DNA of 64,000 nucleotides from Candidatus Kerfeldbacteria bacterium RIFCSPLOWO2_02_FULL_42_19. GTDB lineage: Bacteria > Patescibacteriota > Patescibacteriia > HO2-48-17. Positions 58,208-64,000 of this stretch are shown piece after piece. The stretch lies in NCBI GenBank assembly GCA_001818315.1, contig MHKF01000001.1, positions 2,869 through 66,868 of the forward strand, read 5' to 3'. A model generated the notes under the pieces. That model worked only from the letters and a program-made list of their open reading frames with translations, did no database searches and was not told where the DNA came from. Position numbers and translations under genes: made by a program. Numbering within the stretch: the first letter of the stretch is position 1; every line of letters begins with the position of its first letter.

Positions 58208-58250
58208 AAAATCCTGTTTCCTGATGTATAGGCAACAGGATTTTGCGTTT
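58208..58250 (+). terminator. Probable terminator closing the two-gene unit
   Basis: aaaatcctgtt/aacaggatttt stem. Confidence 0.6.
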
Positions 58251-58473
58251 GATGAATATTGCTTTCTACACTTTGAATTACGAGCCACTCAGTATAGGGG
58301 TGGCACCGATTTACCTTTCCCGCGCGCAATCCCGTTTCATAGGGATGAGCACGGAAAAGGTGAATCGGTGACAGGACCCGGTGATGAGGTTTCGTAATTT
58401 AAGTTGCTACACCATTTGTCGAACACGTCTTCAACTGGTATGATAATCAAGAGTCCTAATCATTGCGTAAACT

Positions 58474-59895
58474 ATGCAAGAACTTCCTCAATTAACTCTC
58501 GCAGAAGTCGCGGCGCTTATGAAGCATCGCGGCTTTGTATTTCCATCATCCGAAATATACGGCGGGCTTTCGGCTGCGTATGACTACGGTCCGCTCGGTA
58601 TCGAACTTCGTCGGCATATTGAACAACATTGGTGGAAAACCTTTGTGCACGATCGGCAAGATATGTACGGACTTGACACAGCAATTTTTATGAATCCAAA
58701 GGTGTGGGAAGCATCCGGACATACACAACATTTTACTGATCCTCTTATTGAATGTAAACAATGTCATAAAAGACAACGCCCCGACAAACTCATCGAAGAA
58801 ATACTCAGAAAAAAGAAAAAGCCATTAAACGCCGTCCAGTGGGAGAATAAGAAATCTTTGGAAAAGGCATTGGAAACATTGGGAGTGAGTTGTCCTGAAT
58901 GCGGTGAAAGTGCATGGACGCCCATTCGAGATTTCAATACGTTATTTGAAACCTATCAGGGTGTTGTAAAAGAATCAGAAAACATTATTTATCTTCGCGG
59001 TGAAATTGCACAGGGAATGTTTGTAAATTTTAAAAACGTTGTGCAGTCGATGCGAGCGAAATTACCTTTTGGGATCGCACAGCAAGGGAAAGCTTTTCGA
59101 AACGAAGTGACCGTGAAGCGATTTATTTTTAGAACTCGCGAATTTCATCTCATGGAAATTGAATATTTTGTAGAGCCGAATTCAGCACCAGAGCAGTTAG
59201 AACAATGGAAAGAGAGTATAAGGAATTGGTACATAAAAAATCTTGGAATAGCTAAAGAACATCTGCAATGGAGAGAACAAACCAAAGAAGAACGGGCGCA
59301 CTATTCACAAGGCACGTGGGATCTTGAATATCAATTCCCTTGGGGATTTGATGAAATTGCGGCGTGTGCAAATCGAGGCGATTTTGATCTCAAAAATCAT
59401 GCGCAAGTTTCTGGAGAAGAACTTTCTATTCTCGATCCAGTAACAAGAAAAAAAATTCTGCCATATGTGATTGAACCAACATTTGGTATCGATCGCGCAT
59501 TTCTTGCGGTATTCCTCAACGCCCTTGAAGTTGTTAAAGGTGGAAGAAGCGGTGAATCAAAACAAACGCAAGAGATTGTTTTACATCTTCCAAAGCATCT
59601 TGCGCCCATACAAGTAGCAGTAATGCCTTTGTTCAAAAAAACAGAACTCATTCAAGGCGCAACGCAGGTTTTTCATACTGTCGGAAAACAATTCCGAGCA
59701 GAATTGGATGTAACTCAAAGTATCGGAAAACGCTACCGGAGGCAAGATGAAATTGGCACACCGTGGTGTATTACTTATGATTTCGAGTCGCTAACGGATC
59801 ACAAGGTGACAGTTCGTGATCGTGACAGTATGCGGCAAGAACGAATTGCGATCAATTCACTCCTCAAAAATTTGACTGATTTGTTTCAACAATAA
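58474..59895 (+). CDS. glyQS: Glycyl-tRNA synthetase, alpha2 type
   Basis: RGFVFPSSEIYGG, DYGPLG, GKAFRNE, FRTREF, VIEPTFGIDR, SIGKRYRRQDEIGTP. Confidence 0.97.
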   Translation: MQELPQLTLAEVAALMKHRGFVFPSSEIYGGLSAAYDYGPLGIELRRHIEQHWWKTFVHDRQDMYGLDTAIFMNPKVWEASGHTQHFTDPLIECKQCHKRQRPDKLIEEILRKKKKPLNAVQWENKKSLEKALETLGVSCPECGESAWTPIRDFNTLFETYQGVVKESENIIYLRGEIAQGMFVNFKNVVQSMRAKLPFGIAQQGKAFRNEVTVKRFIFRTREFHLMEIEYFVEPNSAPEQLEQWKESIRNWYIKNLGIAKEHLQWREQTKEERAHYSQGTWDLEYQFPWGFDEIAACANRGDFDLKNHAQVSGEELSILDPVTRKKILPYVIEPTFGIDRAFLAVFLNALEVVKGGRSGESKQTQEIVLHLPKHLAPIQVAVMPLFKKTELIQGATQVFHTVGKQFRAELDVTQSIGKRYRRQDEIGTPWCITYDFESLTDHKVTVRDRDSMRQERIAINSLLKNLTDLFQQ

Positions 59896-59904
59896 TTCAA
59901 GAGC

Positions 59905-61173
59905 ATGTATCAAAAACATACACTCCCAAACGGAGTACGAATTATTACAGCGCCACTCCATGAAACCAATGCCGTGACTGTACTGATTATGTTTAAAGTT
60001 GGTTCACGGTATGAGACTCAAAGTAACAATGGCATTTCACATTTTCTTGAGCATCTCTTTTTTAAAGGCACTAAACGCCGACCGTCAACATTAGAAATTT
60101 CGAAAGCCCTCGATGGAGTTGGCGCCGAGTATAATGCCTTTACATCAAAAGATTATACCGGATATTACATCAAGTTGCAGCATCAAAAATTCGAACTCGC
60201 ACTTGATATACTTTCGGATATTTTATTTGATTCACTTTTCCTACCAAAAGAAATTGAACGTGAGCGAGGCGTGATCATCGAAGAAATTAATATGTACGAC
60301 GATAATCCGATGGCAAACGTCGAAGAGCAACTGGAACGAATCATGTATGGCGATCATCCACTTGGATGGTCTATCGCTGGTCCAAAAAAGACGATTCACA
60401 AAATTACTCGACCCCAGATTCTTACGTATCGCAGGGACCATTATCATGCAGATAATACGATTATTACTATCGCAGGAAAAATACCTGTGCATACGCTTGG
60501 GCTCGTAAAAAAATATTTCGGTGGGAATAAATTTCCAAAAAAGGACGGTGTCGTATTTCAAAAGGTACAGATACAACAACGTTCTCTGCGGATCAAAGCA
60601 AAGTACAAAAAAACAGAACAATATCATATCGCGCTCGGATGGCCGGCCTATCATTATACACACCATGATCTTGATGCGCTCAAAATCCTTATGACTATTC
60701 TGGGTGGCAATATGAGCTCACGATTATTTATTGGCATTCGTGAACGTCTTGGGTTGTGTTACTTTATTCGCGGTTCTGTTTCGCCGTATGAAGACGTCGG
60801 AAATATCGTGATTCAAGCAGGCGTGGATAAGCGTAGGATTCGCGAGGCGATCGCCGCTATTCTGGAAGAAGTGAAAAAAATACGTGACAAAGGAGTGACA
60901 AAAGAAGAACTCAACAAAGCCGTGGACTTTATTAAAGGCAAGGTGATACTCGAACTGGAGGATTCAGAAAGTTTAGCTTCTTGGGTCGTGCGGCAAGAAA
61001 TGTTTCACGGAAAAATTTTAACGCCATCGCAGAAATTTCAAGAATATGATCGACTGAATAGGGAGGATATCCTCCGTGTCGCCAATGACATTTTTCATCC
61101 GGAACGAATCAATCTTGCGTATATTGGTCCGGAAAGGAATAAAAAAATTTTTGAAAATTTGTTGCATTTTTGA
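59905..61173 (+). CDS. M16 (pitrilysin-family) zinc peptidase
   Basis: HFLEH inverted Zn motif, NAFTS, GGNMSSRLF. Confidence 0.95.
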   Translation: MYQKHTLPNGVRIITAPLHETNAVTVLIMFKVGSRYETQSNNGISHFLEHLFFKGTKRRPSTLEISKALDGVGAEYNAFTSKDYTGYYIKLQHQKFELALDILSDILFDSLFLPKEIERERGVIIEEINMYDDNPMANVEEQLERIMYGDHPLGWSIAGPKKTIHKITRPQILTYRRDHYHADNTIITIAGKIPVHTLGLVKKYFGGNKFPKKDGVVFQKVQIQQRSLRIKAKYKKTEQYHIALGWPAYHYTHHDLDALKILMTILGGNMSSRLFIGIRERLGLCYFIRGSVSPYEDVGNIVIQAGVDKRRIREAIAAILEEVKKIRDKGVTKEELNKAVDFIKGKVILELEDSESLASWVVRQEMFHGKILTPSQKFQEYDRLNREDILRVANDIFHPERINLAYIGPERNKKIFENLLHF

Positions 61174-61196
61174 ACATAAATCGGTATAATTATTTT

Positions 61197-62291
61197 ATGG
61201 AAATTAAAAAACAGACTGCGCAATCCATTGATATTTCAACAAAGACACTGATAAAAATCGTCATTATTTTGATAAGTCTTATTTTTTTGTATTCCATACG
61301 CCAGGTGCTCGGCATTCTTTTTGTTTCTTTTGTCATCGCTGCTGCACTTGATCCTTGGGTTGATAAAATGCAAAGAAGAAAAATTCCTCGTGGAATCGGT
61401 ATACTCCTCCTGTATCTTGCTGCGTTTGGAATTGTAAGTTTTGTAGTCTTTCTTCTTATTCCACCCATTTCAGAAGAAGTGCGGGCGCTCGCACAGGATT
61501 TTCCTCGCTACTACGACGAAATTGTGAAAAATTTTCTTTCAGCGCGAGAAGCGACTGAAAAATTTGGCCTATCCGATGAAGCTGAAAAAAGCATTCGGTC
61601 GTTAAGTCAGAGTCTTGATCGATTAACAAGCGGTATTTTTAGTACGATTGCAAGTATTTTCGGTGGATTTATATCATTGCTTGGCGTGCTTGTCATTACT
61701 TTTTACATGACAATAGAAGAAGATGGTTTAAAAAAATTTTTCCAAGCGATCGCGCCCGTAAAGTATCAACCTTATTTTTCGCAGAAAATTAATACAGTGC
61801 AAAGAAAGCTTGGTGATTGGCTTAAAGGGCAATTATTACTTTCGGTAATCATCGGAGCGATTAGTTATTTAGGGTTGCTGATTCTCGGCGTGAAATATGC
61901 CATTGTTTTGGCGTTGGTTGCCGGAGTAACAGAGTTTATTCCGTATGTCGGTCCGCTTCTCGGAGCAATACCTGCAGTATTTCTTGCATTTACTCAATCA
62001 CCGTTCAAAGCGATTCTTGTAGTGATTCTGTATATAGTGATTCAACAACTTGAAAATCAATTCATTGCGCCAAAGGTAGTCCAAAAATCAGTCGGATTAA
62101 ATCCGATCGTCACTATCGTCGCGATGCTCATCGGTGCGCAAATTGCTGGACTCGTTGGCGTGATACTTGCCGTGCCAGCAGCAACAATCGTTTGGGTTTT
62201 TGCGAGCGACATTATGAAGGAAAAGCGCGAGCGAGATAGTAAACTGGAGGATGATACACAAGAAGAATCGCAAGATATTTCAACATCTTAG
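61197..62291 (+). CDS. AI-2E family transporter
   Basis: WLKGQ, FIPYVGP, QQLENQFIAPKV, GLNP, LAVP. Confidence 0.93.
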   Translation: MEIKKQTAQSIDISTKTLIKIVIILISLIFLYSIRQVLGILFVSFVIAAALDPWVDKMQRRKIPRGIGILLLYLAAFGIVSFVVFLLIPPISEEVRALAQDFPRYYDEIVKNFLSAREATEKFGLSDEAEKSIRSLSQSLDRLTSGIFSTIASIFGGFISLLGVLVITFYMTIEEDGLKKFFQAIAPVKYQPYFSQKINTVQRKLGDWLKGQLLLSVIIGAISYLGLLILGVKYAIVLALVAGVTEFIPYVGPLLGAIPAVFLAFTQSPFKAILVVILYIVIQQLENQFIAPKVVQKSVGLNPIVTIVAMLIGAQIAGLVGVILAVPAATIVWVFASDIMKEKRERDSKLEDDTQEESQDISTS

Positions 62292-62318
62292 GAATGACGC
62301 GTTTGTAAGGATTATTCC

Positions 62319-63797
62319 ATGCCAAAGAACGTCTCAAAGAAAACTTTTTACGTTACGACGCCGATTTATTATATTAACGCAAAACCGCATATTGGACATG
62401 CTTATTCCACAATCGTGGCTGATGTGCTCGCGCGTTGGCACCGAAACTTAGGAGAGGAAACTTTTTTTTCTGTAGGAACGGATGAACACGGCGCAAAAAT
62501 AGCGGAAGCGAGTGAAAAACAAGGTTTGCCGCCGAAAGAGTTTGCGGATATCATGAGTGAAAAATTTAGAGAATGCTGGAAGCTCCTGAATATTCAATAC
62601 GATGATTTAATTCGCACGACTGAAACTCGACACAAAGAAAGTGTCGTGAGCTTCATGCAGGAATTGTACAAACGAAAGTTCATTTATCAGGCGGAATACG
62701 AAGGCTGGTACTGCAAGGGATGCGAAAAGTTTCTTACCGAAAAAGAACTTGTGAGCGGCATGTGTCCTGATCACAAACGTCCTGCAGAATGGATCAAAGA
62801 AAAAAATTATTTCTTCAAGCTCAAAAAATTTCTGCCGAAAATTCAACAAATGATATGTGATGGCGACATGCAGATTGTTCCGAAGAAGCGAGAAAACGAA
62901 GTTCTGTCGCTTTTGAAACAAAACCTTCCTGATTTTTCGGTTTCAAGACAAAATGTACGTTGGGGGATTCCGCTTCCTTTTGATCCAACGCAGACGATCT
63001 ACGTATGGGTGGAAGCGCTTCAAAATTATATTTCCATTTTAGGGTTTTCTACGACAGCAGCTCAGCAAGGCGAAAGATTTCAAAAGTTTTGGCCAGCGGA
63101 CGTACAGATTATTGGGAAAGAAATCAGTAAATTTCATTGTATTTTTTGGCCTGCACTGTTGTTAGCATTGGCACTGCCATTGCCAAAGAAGTTTCTTGTA
63201 GGAGGATTTTTTACATTCGACGGGCAAAAAATGAGTAAATCCCTTGGCAACGTCTTAGCGCCGAAAACACTCGTAGAGCGTTTCGGAGTTGATGGTACAC
63301 GCTTTTTGCTCCTTTCGCAGTTTCCGTATGGCGAAGATGGAGATATTGCTCTCGCAGGTTGTGTGGAGCGCTATAACGCTCATCTCGCGGATAATGTAGG
63401 AAACCTCGTGAGTCGCATTGGGACGATGATTCAAAAATATCTGCAGGGGAGGATCGAGACGCATCCAGAGAAACAAATAATTTTAGAGGAGACAAACAAA
63501 TCAATAGAAGAACGATTTTCTGCGCTCATGGCGCGCGATCAGATACAAGAGGCGCTATTATCACTTTTTGAAGCGAGCACAAAACTTAATCAGCATATTG
63601 AGGAAGTCAAGCCGTGGAAACTTGCAAAAACTCATCCCACGATCCTCAAGCAGCATTTACTATCTTGGAGTCATACATTGCATGTCATCGGACGTTGCCT
63701 TGCTCCTTTTCTACCAAACACAGGAGAGCGAATTCAAAGAGCGTTTCGTGGGCCGGAATTTCAAAATCCGGGAATACTCTTTCCGAAAATATCTTAA
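62319..63797 (+). CDS. metG: Methionyl-tRNA synthetase (short form)
   Basis: TTPIYY, PHIGH, GTDEHG, YCKGCE, KMSKSLGN. Confidence 0.97.
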   Translation: MPKNVSKKTFYVTTPIYYINAKPHIGHAYSTIVADVLARWHRNLGEETFFSVGTDEHGAKIAEASEKQGLPPKEFADIMSEKFRECWKLLNIQYDDLIRTTETRHKESVVSFMQELYKRKFIYQAEYEGWYCKGCEKFLTEKELVSGMCPDHKRPAEWIKEKNYFFKLKKFLPKIQQMICDGDMQIVPKKRENEVLSLLKQNLPDFSVSRQNVRWGIPLPFDPTQTIYVWVEALQNYISILGFSTTAAQQGERFQKFWPADVQIIGKEISKFHCIFWPALLLALALPLPKKFLVGGFFTFDGQKMSKSLGNVLAPKTLVERFGVDGTRFLLLSQFPYGEDGDIALAGCVERYNAHLADNVGNLVSRIGTMIQKYLQGRIETHPEKQIILEETNKSIEERFSALMARDQIQEALLSLFEASTKLNQHIEEVKPWKLAKTHPTILKQHLLSWSHTLHVIGRCLAPFLPNTGERIQRAFRGPEFQNPGILFPKIS

Positions 63798-63809
63798 GAA
63801 AAAAAATAT

Positions 63810-64000
63810 ATGCTTCCACTTGATTGGCTTTTAATCATCTTTCTCATCCTCGGGTTTCTTTCCGGACTCTGGGTTGGGTTTATTCATAAGGTTGGATCGC
63901 TCCTTGGAACAATACTTGGGATCATCATCGGAAGTCGCTACTACGATAGCATTGATATGCTCTTCGGCGGTGGTCCTGGCGGAAAAATTATAGCATTCAT
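63810..64000 (+). CDS. CvpA-family membrane protein (partial, runs off window)
   Basis: Manual translation MLPLDWLLIIFLILGFLSGLWVGFIHKVGSLLG...SRYY. Confidence 0.75.
   Translation, partial: MLPLDWLLIIFLILGFLSGLWVGFIHKVGSLLGTILGIIIGSRYYDSIDMLFGGGPGGKIIAF

Noticed and set aside
1-64000. CRISPR array, rRNA, integrase, transposase, reverse transcriptase or prophage genes
   Set aside because: No regularly spaced direct repeats and no ORF with the corresponding motifs was seen.
1-64000. Alternative genetic code (TGA=Gly as in Gracilibacteria/Absconditabacteria)
   Set aside because: Long conserved genes are intact under code 11 and several end at TGA in ATGA overlaps.

Overview
Chromosomal segment of a Patescibacteria/CPR (Parcubacteria-like) bacterium, translation table 11. 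The lineage call is inferred from the gene set: alpha2-type GlyRS, type-2 IleRS, a membrane-anchored Clp ATPase, a giant orphan protein and few Shine-Dalgarno sites on core genes. The housekeeping backbone comprises rpmG, infC-rpmI-rplT, smpB plus tmRNA, argS, ileS, tyrS, recO, tgt, glyQS, metG and tRNA-Thr/Trp/Asp. It is interrupted by accessory blocks. (1) An AT-rich truD-like gene behind a ~400-nt hairpin-rich element, next to a broken maf. (2) After tRNA-Thr, an arginine-themed cluster: arginine deiminase, a second ArgRS of different type, a pyruvoyl decarboxylase, an unknown HUP/aaRS-like protein and a two-Cys amino-acid racemase. (3) Between tRNA-Trp and tRNA-Asp, an AbiE-type TA pair and a large copper/metal homeostasis locus. 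(4) A 2210-aa orphan with an internal domain duplication. (5) A clear SAM-I riboswitch in front of a deviant ParA/MinD-like ATPase and a Zn-ribbon protein instead of a methionine/SAM gene. Blocks (2) and (5) are the best candidates for undescribed systems. No CRISPR array, rRNA, transposase or integrase was seen. All calls are from reading the sequence; no database searches were run.
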